A stretch of 64,000 nucleotides of DNA from Candidatus Hermodarchaeota archaeon (lineage in GTDB: Archaea; Asgardarchaeota; Lokiarchaeia; Sigyniarchaeales; SOKP01), in assembly GCA_048885535.1 (NCBI GenBank), contig JBHLLO010000008.1, positions 6,403 through 70,402 of the forward strand. Reading direction: 5' to 3'. The notes beneath the pieces are model-generated. The model did not search any database and had not been told where the DNA came from. It worked only from the letters and a program-made list of their open reading frames with translations. Below are positions 1 to 10,022 of this stretch, piece after piece (within the stretch, counting starts at the first letter, position 1; the number at the start of each line of letters is the position of its first letter). A program made the translations under genes and the position numbers.

Positions 1-116
1 CCCTCTTTTTTAAAATTGAAAGCACAGATATTACTGCTTTCAGAGCATCAGTTAATGAAATTATAGGATTCGGCAAAATAATAGACAACACATTAAGAAT
101 TGTTAATCCATCATAA
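1..116 (+). CDS. KEOPS subunit Pcc1-like protein, C-terminal fragment (5' end outside window)
   Basis: The frame is open from the window edge to TAA at 114-116. The tail ...FKIESTDITAFRASVNEIIGFGKIIDNTLRIVNPS resembles the C-terminal helix region of Pcc1/CTAG-family proteins. pcc1 next to prefoldin beta is a common archaeal arrangement. Confidence 0.4.
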   Translation, partial: LFFKIESTDITAFRASVNEIIGFGKIIDNTLRIVNPS

Positions 117-196
117 AAATGTGAAATTTATATTTACGTAAATTTCATATTAATATCTTTATTTTAAAATATAAAATATAGAAGATGTTGAATTAA

Positions 197-553
197 ATGA
201 CTATTAATTATGATCAATTAGATGAAGAGACTAAGAAAAAAATTCAAAACTTATCTGCCCTAAGTCAAAGTCTAGAATTTCTCACTCAACAAAAAATTCA
301 ATTAGACGCAACATTGAGAGAAACAGAACTCGCAATTGAAAGTTTAGTTGAAGCTACCCCTGATACTGTTGTTTATAAAAATATAGGAGGGATAATGGTG
401 AGAAGCACGAGAGATAAACTGCTTGATGATAAAAAAAGTTTGAAAGTTACCATTGAAATGAGGTTAAAAACACTACAACAAAAATTAGAAAGAACAAAAA
501 GCAGTCTAGAAAGCCTACAAAAGTCTCTCCAAGCAGATTTACAAAATAAATAA
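197..553 (+). CDS. pfdB: prefoldin beta subunit
   Basis: 118 aa coiled-coil protein with the central beta-hairpin region (VYKNIGGIMVRST) typical of prefoldin beta. Confidence 0.8.
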   Translation: MTINYDQLDEETKKKIQNLSALSQSLEFLTQQKIQLDATLRETELAIESLVEATPDTVVYKNIGGIMVRSTRDKLLDDKKSLKVTIEMRLKTLQQKLERTKSSLESLQKSLQADLQNK

Positions 554-568
554 GATCTTATAAAAGCA

Positions 569-1573
569 ATGCTTAAATCTAGGATTGAATCCTTCTTATC
601 CTATATAAACGGGAAGAATCTATTAATTATTACTCACCATCCAACAGATTTAGACGGATTTGTTAGTTCAATTTCCTTAAAATTTTTTTTAGAAATTTTC
701 TTAGAAAACCAAGAAATCTCTTTATATTTTTCCGAACTCTCTAAATTCACTAGAGATTATTTGAGTAATTTTAAGAAATTATATCCTAACTTTAAGTTAA
801 ATTACCTTGATCAGATTAAAGCTTCGAATTTTAACACAATAATTATTATGGATACCAATAATCTAGATCAAATAGAGGATTTTAATAAACTGGAATCTTC
901 CGCCCCTTTCATTTTTATTGATCATCATTTAAATCTGAATAAACAATATAAAGGTAATTTAGAATCTTTAAATATTATTTTCGAAAATTTTTCATCAACA
1001 GCAGAAATTATTTTGGAAATATTTAGAACTAAACAAGTTTTAATTCCTTCTCCTTACAAAGTCCTGTTAGTAAGTGCAATCTTAGCAGACTCAGGATTTT
1101 TTAAGTATGGAAGTAATCAAACAATCCATAACGTATCTTACCTGTTGGAAAATGGCGTTTCTATTCAAGAAATTTTAAATTTATTGGAGATAGATTCAGA
1201 TATTTCAGAAAGAATCGCTAAAGTAAAGGGTTTAAGGAGAGTAGAATTATTAAGAGTTGGAGATTGGCTCATTGGTATATCTCGAGTAAGTAATTTCAGT
1301 GGTTCTGTAGCTACAAACCTTTTAAATATAGGTTTCGATATTGGGATAATATTTTCAAAAAAAAAAGATGAAACAATTATTACTACTAGAGCTAGCAAGA
1401 ATATCTGCCAAAAAACGGGATTACATTTAGGAAAGATCTTAAATGAGATCAAGGAAGGTAGTGGTGGAGGACATAATGGAGCAGCTTCTTTAAATTGTAA
1501 ATACAATGCAGAAAGTATTCTGCAGAAAGTAATTGAGAAAATCAAAAAAGTTTTAATAAGCAAAAGTTCTTAA
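569..1573 (+). CDS. DHH/DHHA1-family phosphoesterase (NrnA/RecJ-like)
   Basis: DHH motif (FIFIDHH), an upstream HHPTDLDG motif, and the DHHA1 GGGH motif (GSGGGHNGAAS). Confidence 0.8.
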   Translation: MLKSRIESFLSYINGKNLLIITHHPTDLDGFVSSISLKFFLEIFLENQEISLYFSELSKFTRDYLSNFKKLYPNFKLNYLDQIKASNFNTIIIMDTNNLDQIEDFNKLESSAPFIFIDHHLNLNKQYKGNLESLNIIFENFSSTAEIILEIFRTKQVLIPSPYKVLLVSAILADSGFFKYGSNQTIHNVSYLLENGVSIQEILNLLEIDSDISERIAKVKGLRRVELLRVGDWLIGISRVSNFSGSVATNLLNIGFDIGIIFSKKKDETIITTRASKNICQKTGLHLGKILNEIKEGSGGGHNGAASLNCKYNAESILQKVIEKIKKVLISKSS

Positions 1574-1605
1574 TAAATCAGAATAAAATTTCTTGCTTTT
1601 AGAAT

Positions 1606-2451
1606 ATGCATTTAATCAAATTTGAGGATTTTTTCTTTCGCTATAAAGGAAATGAAGAATATGCTTTAAATAACATTAACTTAAAAATAGGAAGGAATAA
1701 ATTCATATTACTTGCTGGTGAGACAGGTTCGGGAAAAACATCTTTAATAAGATGCATGAATGGATTAATTCCTCAATTCTATGCTGGATACTATAAGGGA
1801 TCAGTTGAAGTGGTAGGAAAAGATACTATAACTACTTCTATTGCAGATTTATCTACTGAAGTAGGGCTTGTATTTCAAAACCCTGAAAATCAATTGATTG
1901 CAATGAATATTGAGCATGAAATTGCTTTTGGTATGGAAAATATAGGTCTAAAAAAAGAACTTATTAAGGAAAAGCTAGAAAATTTAATGCAGCTAACAGA
2001 AATAACTAGAATTGCTGATAGAGCTCCTTTTGAAATAAGTGGCGGAGAACAACAAAGAGTTGCTATTGCCTCTATTTTAGCTTTAGACCCTAAAATTATA
2101 GTTTTGGATGAACCTACTGCAAATTTAGATCCTTTATTCGCACAAAAAATAATTATGCTCCTAAAAAAGATCCAGGAGGAAAAGGAGCTTACAATAATTA
2201 TAAGTGAACATAGAATGGATTTAGTTATTCCAATCGTAGATGAGATTATTTTAATGAAACAAGGGAAAATTTTAGCACACGATAAAAAAGAAAATATCGT
2301 TAATAGTAAAGAATTTGAAACTTTGGAAATAAATAAACCAGTTATTTATTCAATCTTTAATCAATTAAAAAGAGAAAATTTAATTCATACAAATTTGCCT
2401 ACTTCGATCAATGATGCAGTATCAATATTAAAAGAACATAATTTAGGGTGA
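1606..2451 (+). CDS. ecfA: ECF transporter ATPase component (EcfA/CbiO-like)
   Basis: Walker A GETGSGKTS, ABC signature SGGEQQRV, Walker B IVLDEPT. It lies in tandem with a second ATPase and EcfT. Confidence 0.85.
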   Translation: MHLIKFEDFFFRYKGNEEYALNNINLKIGRNKFILLAGETGSGKTSLIRCMNGLIPQFYAGYYKGSVEVVGKDTITTSIADLSTEVGLVFQNPENQLIAMNIEHEIAFGMENIGLKKELIKEKLENLMQLTEITRIADRAPFEISGGEQQRVAIASILALDPKIIVLDEPTANLDPLFAQKIIMLLKKIQEEKELTIIISEHRMDLVIPIVDEIILMKQGKILAHDKKENIVNSKEFETLEINKPVIYSIFNQLKRENLIHTNLPTSINDAVSILKEHNLG

Positions 2452-3323
2452 TGATGTTTTCTAAATCTTTTCCAATTATATCCATTAAAAATGTTGATTA
2501 TATTTATCCTAATGGGACTCATGCTTTAAGAAATGTTTCTTTAAATATCAATAAAGGTGAATTGATAGCAATTATGGGTCAAAATGGAGCAGGAAAAACT
2601 ACTCTGATAAGAATGCTAAATGGCTTGCTACGACCTTCTAAAGGAAGTGTTTATATTGAAAAGAAGGATATTTCCTCAAAAACTATAGCGGATTTGTCCA
2701 AAGTTGTTGGAATAGTCTTTCAAAATCCCTCTCATCAATTATTCTCTAATACTATTGATGATGAAATAAATTTTTCCTTAAAAAATCTTGAGTTAAATCC
2801 GGAACAAATAGAAATGACTAAAGACACTATACTTAAAAGTTTTGATTTGTTGAAATATCAAAATCGATCTCCATTAAATTTATCCGGTGGAGAATCAAAA
2901 AAATTAGCAATTGCTTCAATAATATGTAGGGATCCAAGTATACTGGTTTTTGATGAACCAACACTTGGACAAGATGCTAAGGAGATCAAGTTTTTTATTG
3001 ATTTAATTAACACTGAGCTTGATAGAAGTAAAACTATTATAATAGTAACTCACAATGTTGAATTTACTATGGAACATATCCCTAGAACCATTTTAATGAC
3101 TCAAGGCAAAATTCTTGCTGATGGTCCAACTGAGAAAATATTATCAAATGAATTATTAATCAAAGAATCGTCATTGATAATTCCTCAACTTTTCCAATTT
3201 AAAAATGCTTTAACTGAGATTAATCTGAATATTCCTGAAGAAATTTATAGAGAATCGCAACTTATCAATTTTCTTGATAATTATTTAAGAAAAATTAAAA
3301 AGGTAAAAGGAGATGTTAGATAA
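2448..3323 (+). CDS. ecfA: ECF transporter ATPase component 2 (EcfA')
   Basis: Walker A GQNGAGKTT, signature LSGGESKKLA, Walker B LVFDEPT. The start overlaps the upstream stop. Confidence 0.85.
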   Translation: MMMFSKSFPIISIKNVDYIYPNGTHALRNVSLNINKGELIAIMGQNGAGKTTLIRMLNGLLRPSKGSVYIEKKDISSKTIADLSKVVGIVFQNPSHQLFSNTIDDEINFSLKNLELNPEQIEMTKDTILKSFDLLKYQNRSPLNLSGGESKKLAIASIICRDPSILVFDEPTLGQDAKEIKFFIDLINTELDRSKTIIIVTHNVEFTMEHIPRTILMTQGKILADGPTEKILSNELLIKESSLIIPQLFQFKNALTEINLNIPEEIYRESQLINFLDNYLRKIKKVKGDVR

Positions 3324-4100
3324 ATGTCATTAGAATTTCTTAATGCTTTTAAATTCATAAAAAAGCAATCCCTTCTACATAAATTAGATCCACGATCCAA
3401 ATTCTTATTCGCTATAATTTATACAGTAGTTGCCTTATTATTTACAGAAATTATCCCTTTATTTCTTATTTTCTTGAGTTTACTTCCTTTCATTTTAATA
3501 GGAAGATTTTTTAAACAGTGGATAAAGAGTGTACGAGGCTTGTCGTATCTCTATTTGATAATAATTATTTTAAACACCTTGTTCATATCAGATAAAGGAT
3601 TTTCATTTGCAATCTCAATGCTTTTAAGAGTTACAATAATGATATCGGCTTTCTCCATATTCTTTCTCAGTGTAGATCCTAATGATCTGGCACTTTCATT
3701 TATTTCAATGAAGGTTCCTTATGAATTTGCTTTTTCCTTTTCTCTTGCTTTTAGATTTGTACCAACAATAGCAATGGAAGCACAAAACATTATTGATGCT
3801 CAGCAAAGTAGAGGATATGAAATGCAAAAGAAAGGAATAATTTCTCAAATTAAAAATCTTTTCCCCCTTTTAATCCCTTTGATTATTAATTCAATAAAGA
3901 GAGCTTTTAATGTTGCAGAAGCACTAGAATCTAGAGCTTTTGGTAGTAAAAAAAAGCGAAGTTATTATTTCAAAATTAAATTCACTTATAAAGATTGGAT
4001 TTTTTCCATCTATCTAATAATCTTCTTAATTACATTTATATTTATTAGAATTGAATTCATCGTAATGCCATTTTGGTTTAATTGGAGTTTTCCTGTATGA
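3324..4100 (+). CDS. ecfT: ECF transporter transmembrane component (EcfT/CbiQ family)
   Basis: Polytopic membrane protein directly after the two EcfA genes. It has the conserved Ala-Arg-Gly-like region (QQSRGYE). No S-component gene is adjacent. Confidence 0.8.
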   Translation: MSLEFLNAFKFIKKQSLLHKLDPRSKFLFAIIYTVVALLFTEIIPLFLIFLSLLPFILIGRFFKQWIKSVRGLSYLYLIIIILNTLFISDKGFSFAISMLLRVTIMISAFSIFFLSVDPNDLALSFISMKVPYEFAFSFSLAFRFVPTIAMEAQNIIDAQQSRGYEMQKKGIISQIKNLFPLLIPLIINSIKRAFNVAEALESRAFGSKKKRSYYFKIKFTYKDWIFSIYLIIFLITFIFIRIEFIVMPFWFNWSFPV

Positions 4101-4744
4101 TGATAAAAGCATTCAATATAAATGAAAAAAATTACTATATAGGATTAAGCCAGTTTAAAATAAATCTAGATTTTAAATTTGAGCAATTCTTTAATATTTT
4201 TGAAAAAATCCAGCATAAGTACAATAAATTAGTTTTACAACTTTTTAACGATAGGTATGTTTTAAATAGTGAGCATATATTTAACGCCTGTTATTATCTA
4301 GAGAAAGTATTTTTAAATAATCAAAATATCTCAAATAAAAAAAATATTGAATTTTTATTATACTTGGCTGCTAATAGACAGATTAAAATAGCGCTAGAAG
4401 ATTTTGGGATTAATAGTGAAATTTTTAAAAAGGGTTTTATTAATTTGTGTGTAATTTCATCAGAAAGTAGTTTTCAATCATTAAATCTTGAATTTGAAAG
4501 AATTTTTAACATTAATAGAATAGATTTTGTTCTAGATAATTACTCCCAAAAAAAATATGAAGAGATTAAATTATATTTTGATTTTCCTGATAAACAAATT
4601 GAGACTGTTTTGGCCTCATATCATAAAAAAATAGATCTTAAAGAAATTCAAGATTCAGACCTTCCTAATCTTTATTTAGCATTAAATGATTTGATTTGTG
4701 AAAAAATGGCTCTACTTTCTTTAGAAAAAGTCAGTTTGGATTAG
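4097..4744 (+). CDS. KEOPS subunit Cgi121-like protein
   Basis: By-eye similarity to archaeal Cgi121: an internal ...LLYLAANRQIKIALEDFGI...NLCVISSE block and a C-terminal ...EKMALLSLEKV helix. ATG 4097 overlaps the ecfT stop (ATGA). The ORF track starts at TTG 4082. Confidence 0.5.
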   Translation: MMIKAFNINEKNYYIGLSQFKINLDFKFEQFFNIFEKIQHKYNKLVLQLFNDRYVLNSEHIFNACYYLEKVFLNNQNISNKKNIEFLLYLAANRQIKIALEDFGINSEIFKKGFINLCVISSESSFQSLNLEFERIFNINRIDFVLDNYSQKKYEEIKLYFDFPDKQIETVLASYHKKIDLKEIQDSDLPNLYLALNDLICEKMALLSLEKVSLD

Positions 4745-5264
4745 TCATTTTATTCCTTGTCTTTATTATATCATTTGGTTTTAAGAAGGAAATTCCTGTG
4801 AATTTTCCTAACACCTCTATCCTGACAATTTTATCTGGATTCTCTAAATTAACCTTATTGTCAATTATTCTAGCTATACTTTCAATGAGGTTATCCCGAT
4901 CAATAATCTCATTCTTTCTGCGATTTAATTTTATCATAAATGATTCTTGATTATTGATATATTCTTTCTGATGCTTTTGAATAATTGCTTTTATTGTTCT
5001 TGCATTAGTTTGACATACATAATCAATTGGTACAATCTTAAGGATATACTGAAAGAAATTAGCATTTTGGTTCATGAGTTTCTTAATTTTTGAAACAACC
5101 TTTCTATGGTTTAATGTTGTAGCCACAGCTATTAATCCTTGAAAATCCAAACTTGAAAATATTGAATAGTGATCTCCACACATTAATAGAATAAACCACA
5201 TTTCTGCTCTTGCGTTATCTTCATTATAACGTGATGTAGAAACTAAAAGATTGAAGTTATTCAA
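4731..5264 (-). CDS. THUMP-domain RNA-binding protein (Tan1-like)
   Basis: 177 aa. The N-terminal NLLVSTSRYNE...AEMWF and C-terminal ...IVRIEVLGKFTGISFL pattern is typical of small archaeal THUMP proteins. Confidence 0.45.
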   Translation of the reverse strand: MNNFNLLVSTSRYNEDNARAEMWFILLMCGDHYSIFSSLDFQGLIAVATTLNHRKVVSKIKKLMNQNANFFQYILKIVPIDYVCQTNARTIKAIIQKHQKEYINNQESFMIKLNRRKNEIIDRDNLIESIARIIDNKVNLENPDKIVRIEVLGKFTGISFLKPNDIIKTRNKMTNPN

Positions 5265-5274
5265 TTTAAAATAC

Positions 5275-5946
5275 CTAATATTGAAATTCTTTCTTTATTA
5301 TGTCTTGAACCTCCTCTTCAGTGAGGGTTCCTAGGCGTAAAAATTCTGGTTTGTTGGATGTACATTTAATTATAGTCGTTGCTAATTTTGATTTTAATTT
5401 ACCACCATCAATTATTAGATCTATTGGGCTTAAAAATTTTTTTGCTATTTCATCTCCACTAGTACAAGGGGGCTCCCCTGAGTAATTCGCTGAAGTTCCT
5501 ATAATTCCTCCAAAATATCCTCTTGTTTTTAAAATTTGAAGTATATTTACTATAATCTCATTTTTAGGAATTCTTAGACCAATTGTGTCTTTGAACGCTG
5601 TAACTTCCGCAGGAATAATACTTGGTTCCTTTTTTCTTAATACTAAAGTTAATAAACCAGGCCAAAATTTCTTTGCTAAGAATTTTGCTAAATCATTAAA
5701 TTCCGCAATCTTTTCAGCCTCTTTAAAATCCAATACAAGTAATATCAAACCTTTTGAACGATCTCGAAACTTTATATTAAAAATCCGATTAACAGCCTCA
5801 AGATTTTTTGGATCAGCCCCGATTCCGTAAACAGAATCGGTTGGAAAGGCGATAATCTTTCCCTCAATAATATTATCAACTGCAATTTCAAGATAAGGCT
5901 TAATCTCTTGTAAATTTTTCCCTCTAACCTTGACTAAAAATCCCAT
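5275..5946 (-). CDS. tsaC: L-threonylcarbamoyladenylate synthase, short YrdC/TsaC-type
   Basis: YrdC-domain motifs (IIAFPTDSVYGIGADP, GLRIP, TSANYSGEPP). At 223 aa it lacks the long Sua5 C-terminal domain. Confidence 0.85.
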   Translation of the reverse strand: MGFLVKVRGKNLQEIKPYLEIAVDNIIEGKIIAFPTDSVYGIGADPKNLEAVNRIFNIKFRDRSKGLILLVLDFKEAEKIAEFNDLAKFLAKKFWPGLLTLVLRKKEPSIIPAEVTAFKDTIGLRIPKNEIIVNILQILKTRGYFGGIIGTSANYSGEPPCTSGDEIAKKFLSPIDLIIDGGKLKSKLATTIIKCTSNKPEFLRLGTLTEEEVQDIIKKEFQY

Positions 5947-6003
5947 TTAGGTTCAAAACATTTATTTTTACTAGATAAAAATGAGTATTGTAAAATATTA
6001 AAT

Positions 6004-6945
6004 TTATTTAGGATATTTCTCTTGACAACTTAAGCTAATTTCAAGGCGATTCCAAGTGTGATCAAGATACTCTTGAAGTTCAATTAAATCCTTTTCTGAA
6101 ATATTTGCAAATCTTTTTTGCTTTGAAAGATAATCTATTAGTGGAACTCTTTTTGATGGATCTAACAATGCTTTACTTGCTTTTGATAATGTCATAATTC
6201 CATTCTCTACTTCATAGAGAATCCATGAGCCCGTTTTTACAGCTAATCGAGCAATCTGAATTGTATCTTCAGAATTAAATCCCCATCCTGTGCAACATGG
6301 AGCCATAATGTGGATATATCTACAACCTTTAATTGATTTAGCTCTTTTAAATTTATCATACAAATCGAGGGGTTCACTTATAGAACAAGTAGCTACATAA
6401 GGCATATCATGAGCTGCCATAATTGCTGGAAGATTCTTTTTAAAACGATCTTTGCCCTTTGTGGTTGTGCTTGTCCATGCACCATGAGGTGTGCTTGAAG
6501 ATCTTTGAATACCTGTGTTCATATAAGCTTCATTATCATAACATACATAAATTTGATCAGAATTCCTTTCTGCTGCTCCACTTAAGCCTTGAATTCCTAT
6601 GTCTGCGGTGCCACCATCTCCAGCAAATGTGATTGTAGTCATTTCATCCCAACCTTTACCAGGAAATCTATATGCCTTTGCTTTGAAGGCAGCAGACATA
6701 CCTGTAGCACCTGCTGCACCCGCTGCAAAAGCCATATTTGTAAAAGGGAAATTTGGTGCAGTTTTCGGCCATAACCCTACAACAACATTAAGACAGGAAG
6801 CGGGTGTTACAAGTGCCGTGTTAGGTCCTAAAGCTTTCATCGCCCATCTAAGGGCAATCTCTAAACCACATCCTGCACAACAAGAATTACCTGGAAGAAA
6901 ATATTCTTCTTGACAAGATTCTAAAGCTTCTTTTAATTTAACCAT
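6004..6945 (-). CDS. porB: 2-oxoacid:ferredoxin oxidoreductase beta subunit (TPP-binding)
   Basis: N-terminal CAGCG, and the TPP motif GDGGTADIG...NEAYMNTG. ATG 6945 lies 4 nt after the porA stop, whereas the ORF-track start overlaps porA. Confidence 0.85.
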   Translation of the reverse strand: MVKLKEALESCQEEYFLPGNSCCAGCGLEIALRWAMKALGPNTALVTPASCLNVVVGLWPKTAPNFPFTNMAFAAGAAGATGMSAAFKAKAYRFPGKGWDEMTTITFAGDGGTADIGIQGLSGAAERNSDQIYVCYDNEAYMNTGIQRSSSTPHGAWTSTTTKGKDRFKKNLPAIMAAHDMPYVATCSISEPLDLYDKFKRAKSIKGCRYIHIMAPCCTGWGFNSEDTIQIARLAVKTGSWILYEVENGIMTLSKASKALLDPSKRVPLIDYLSKQKRFANISEKDLIELQEYLDHTWNRLEISLSCQEKYPK

Positions 6946-6949
6946 TTTT

Positions 6950-8206
6950 CTATTCAACCTCCAATAAACCATCCCAAAGAGTTCCATGAATCACATCTTT
7001 TGGAATTTCTCCAGTTTCATTATACCCAACCAACTTCATTAATTGCTTTTTTTGCTGTTCAAGCGTTACCTCTCTTCCACCTAAACCATTAATTATTGGA
7101 AATATCTTTCCAGTTTCTTCCGTATCATGTAAAGCTGCTTTAACTTCACAACTTACAGGACCTCCAGTTTGACAACCAAATGCAGTAGCTCTATCTATGA
7201 CTCCTATAATTTTCACCTTTTTGGCTACCTCAATAACATCTTCTGTTGGAAATGGTCTAAAATGCCTTAATTTTACCATACCAACTTTATAGCCTTCCTC
7301 TCTTAGATCATCTATGGCTTGTTCCATTTGTAAAGCTAAGTCTCCATAAGTAATTACTCCCACATTTGCATTATCCATTTTGTATTCTTGAATCAAACCA
7401 TTACCATAATTCCTGCCAAAGGTTTTTTCAAATTCTTTGGCAACGCTTTTAATTTTTTCTTTTGCTCTAATATGCGCATCATGAATTTTTAATCTAAATT
7501 CGTAATAAAAGCTGGAGGGCATGATAAGATTTCCAAACATCATTGGTCTTTTTGGATCCATCCAAATGTGTGGCCAACCTTCCTCACTTGGCAACTGTGG
7601 TAAAAATTTGTCTACAGTCTCTTGCTCTTCCAGAATAACTGGTTTAGATGTATGAGAAAGAATAAATCCTCCGTATGACACAAATTTAGGTAAAAGTATA
7701 TCATGATCTTCACAAACTTTATATGACATTAAAATCTCATCATAAATTTCTTGATGCTCCGAACAAAAACAACTCATCCATCCTGTATCTCTCTGACTTG
7801 TAACATCGGTAAAATCAGCCCAAATATTCCATGGAGGAGCTGGACCTCGAGATGCTATAGCAACAACAATGGGAAGTCTAGCTCCAGCAGCCCAATGAAT
7901 CATTTCGTGAGCATAAAATATGCCCTGCCCAGATGTAGCAGTAAATGTACGCGTTCCTGCCTTACTTGCACCAATTACAGCGGCAAAAACACTGTGTTCT
8001 GATTCCATTTTTATGTATTCTGTTCCTGGCATTAAACCATTATCTACAAATTCTGATAATTTTTCAACCACAGTAGTTTGTGGCGTTATTGGATAAGCAC
8101 TAATTACTTGTACCCGTGCCGATTTTGCAGCATACGCAGCTGCTTCATTTCCTTTGATTATGATCGATTCTCTCTTTTGGACAAAATCTTCCTTGATTTC
8201 AGTCAT
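6950..8206 (-). CDS. porA: 2-oxoacid:ferredoxin oxidoreductase alpha subunit
   Basis: Typical PorA N-terminus ([11 protein letters not shown]...YPITPQT). It is the third gene of a gamma-delta-alpha-beta operon. Confidence 0.85.
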   Translation of the reverse strand: MTEIKEDFVQKRESIIIKGNEAAAYAAKSARVQVISAYPITPQTTVVEKLSEFVDNGLMPGTEYIKMESEHSVFAAVIGASKAGTRTFTATSGQGIFYAHEMIHWAAGARLPIVVAIASRGPAPPWNIWADFTDVTSQRDTGWMSCFCSEHQEIYDEILMSYKVCEDHDILLPKFVSYGGFILSHTSKPVILEEQETVDKFLPQLPSEEGWPHIWMDPKRPMMFGNLIMPSSFYYEFRLKIHDAHIRAKEKIKSVAKEFEKTFGRNYGNGLIQEYKMDNANVGVITYGDLALQMEQAIDDLREEGYKVGMVKLRHFRPFPTEDVIEVAKKVKIIGVIDRATAFGCQTGGPVSCEVKAALHDTEETGKIFPIINGLGGREVTLEQQKKQLMKLVGYNETGEIPKDVIHGTLWDGLLEVE

Positions 8207-8546
8207 CTTTAATATCACTCTCTCTAATCATTTCTATATTACTTGTAGGACACTCTTTAGCACATATCCCACACCCTTTGCAATATCGTAAATCAATTTC
8301 GAAACTACCATCTTCTTTCCTTTTAATTACACCCTCTGGACAATACATCCAGCATATTCCACATTTATTACAGCCTTCTTTAATAATTGGTCTAAAAGTT
8401 CTCCAATCACCAGTCATACCCAGATTCCCATCAATTGGTAATGAAACTGGAATTGGTGATAATTCCTCCCAATTTTTATATTCTTGAACTTTAGGGCGTT
8501 CTTCTATGGATTTATTAATTTTTTTCCATTTTTTTTGTTCTAACAT
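8199..8546 (-). CDS. porD: 2-oxoacid:ferredoxin oxidoreductase delta subunit (2x[4Fe-4S] ferredoxin)
   Basis: Two CxxCxxCxxxCP motifs ([24 protein letters not shown]). The start is either ATG 8546 or GTG 8552. Confidence 0.85.
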   Translation of the reverse strand: MLEQKKWKKINKSIEERPKVQEYKNWEELSPIPVSLPIDGNLGMTGDWRTFRPIIKEGCNKCGICWMYCPEGVIKRKEDGSFEIDLRYCKGCGICAKECPTSNIEMIRESDIKDD

Positions 8547-8548
8547 AA

Positions 8549-9136
8549 TCACATCTCCCTTACTGATTCATAGGCGTCTTTAGCAACGCTCATATTTTTT
8601 TCTAATCTCTTTTCTCCAAATTCCTTCTTAATTACTTTTTCCATTGTTTTAAGATTGTAATATCCTGTAATCTTCCCAAAAGCTCCTAACATAGGGATAT
8701 TCAAAATTGGGCCACTTGCGTGCATGAAGTCATGTTTAATGCAGATTCCAGTAGCATCAACTATAAAAATCTTTATATTAGAGGGGAGATCACTCTTCTC
8801 TATTGATTCGGAACTGTTGATTATTAGATTTACTCCTTCCTTTATTGTAGCTTTTATCGTAGGGATGTCTAATAATGATGTATCAAACATAAGTATAAAA
8901 TCTGGATTTACTACACTGTCATACGTTTTAATCACTTTACTTTTAGAAACTTTCGTAAAAGCCTGAATTGGAGCTCCCCTACGCTCCGCCCCTATAATTG
9001 GTATAGCTATTGTATCTTGAAAACCTTCCTCAAATGCCATTTCTGCTAATAATTGACTTGCTGTGATACAAGTTTGACCCCCTCTACAATGCATCGATAT
9101 TTCTACAATCTTTTCATTGTCTGACAATTTACTCAA
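8549..9136 (-). CDS. porG: 2-oxoacid:ferredoxin oxidoreductase gamma subunit
   Basis: 195 aa, PorG-like (GRGGQ-type motif [12 protein letters not shown]). It is the first gene of the operon. Confidence 0.8.
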   Translation of the reverse strand: MSKLSDNEKIVEISMHCRGGQTCITASQLLAEMAFEEGFQDTIAIPIIGAERRGAPIQAFTKVSKSKVIKTYDSVVNPDFILMFDTSLLDIPTIKATIKEGVNLIINSSESIEKSDLPSNIKIFIVDATGICIKHDFMHASGPILNIPMLGAFGKITGYYNLKTMEKVIKKEFGEKRLEKNMSVAKDAYESVREM

Positions 9137-9339
9137 CTAATATTTCAATATTTGTATAGAATGCAATATGTCAAATAAAGGCACAATGAATAAAAGTTCT
9201 ATTGATTTTACTTATATAACTACAATATGAAACAATAGTATAGAATTTATAATAGTAATTGTTATAACAATTAATTTTTCATCAGAAAACTATTATTTTA
9301 TATTTATTTTGAGGAATAACCCACTTAGATATTAATGAT

Positions 9340-9903
9340 ATGGCTAATAAGAAGAGAAATAACAAGATAATTCATTCTTTTAAATGCCCTTCATGTCAAG
9401 AGGGAATAATTGACATTGATAGCAATATTTATGATCTCCCAGATGGAGATAAGATGCTTATATTAAAATTTGAATGTAATACTTGCACATTTCATAAAAA
9501 TGATATAATTCCGCTAACAACAAACACGGAACCAGGTATTATGATTTTGCGAGTTAAAAATGAAGAAGACCTCAAATCTAAAGTTTATCGCTCTCCAACT
9601 GGTAAGTTAGAAATCCCAGAATTAGAATTGGTAGTGGAGCCTGGTCCAAGAGCAGATTTCTACTATACAAATGTAGAGGGTATCCTCTTGAGATTTGAGA
9701 ATGCTGTTTCAATGTATAAAAATAATCTTAATAAGGATGACCCCGAATTTAAGGAAATTACCCTGATATTAAAAGATCTAAAAAATGCACTTGATGGTAA
9801 ATTAAATTTCACTTTGAAAATTACTGACAATGGAGGAGGTAGTTATATTATCCCAATTAATAAATCACATTATAGTTTTGAGAAATTAAAGATATCAAAT
9901 TAA
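9340..9903 (+). CDS. ZPR1-type zinc-finger protein
   Basis: N-terminal CPSC...CNTC zinc ribbon followed by a beta-rich ZPR1-like domain. The size is typical of archaeal ZPR1 homologues. Confidence 0.55.
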   Translation: MANKKRNNKIIHSFKCPSCQEGIIDIDSNIYDLPDGDKMLILKFECNTCTFHKNDIIPLTTNTEPGIMILRVKNEEDLKSKVYRSPTGKLEIPELELVVEPGPRADFYYTNVEGILLRFENAVSMYKNNLNKDDPEFKEITLILKDLKNALDGKLNFTLKITDNGGGSYIIPINKSHYSFEKLKISN

Positions 9904-10011
9904 ACTCAAAGCTTAAATAATGTAAGGATTTCTCTAGATTTTTTTAATATAGTTTAAATAGTTATCAACAATTTTTTAACCAAAAATAGTTTAATTAATT
10001 AGTTAAAATAA

Positions 10012-10017
10012 GGTGAT
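10012..10017 (+). promoter_or_regulatory. Shine-Dalgarno-like site for the ATG at 10023
   Basis: GGTGAT lies 5 nt upstream of ATG 10023. No comparable site precedes the TTG at 10081 used by the ORF track. Confidence 0.5.
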
Positions 10018-10022
10018 CTTAT

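Noticed and set aside
1165-1563. Long ORFs lie antisense to or overlapping strong genes. Examples are 1165-1563, 5585-5830, 6599-6913, 7751-8002, 16716-17051, 18435-18815, 19011-19469, 28676-29011, 32183-32509, 44482-44979, 48437-48811, 55141-55461 and 57480-57797.
   Set aside because: They lie fully inside genes with clear homology on the other strand or frame. They have low-complexity or biased composition and no recognisable motifs, so they are typical shadow ORFs of an AT-rich genome.
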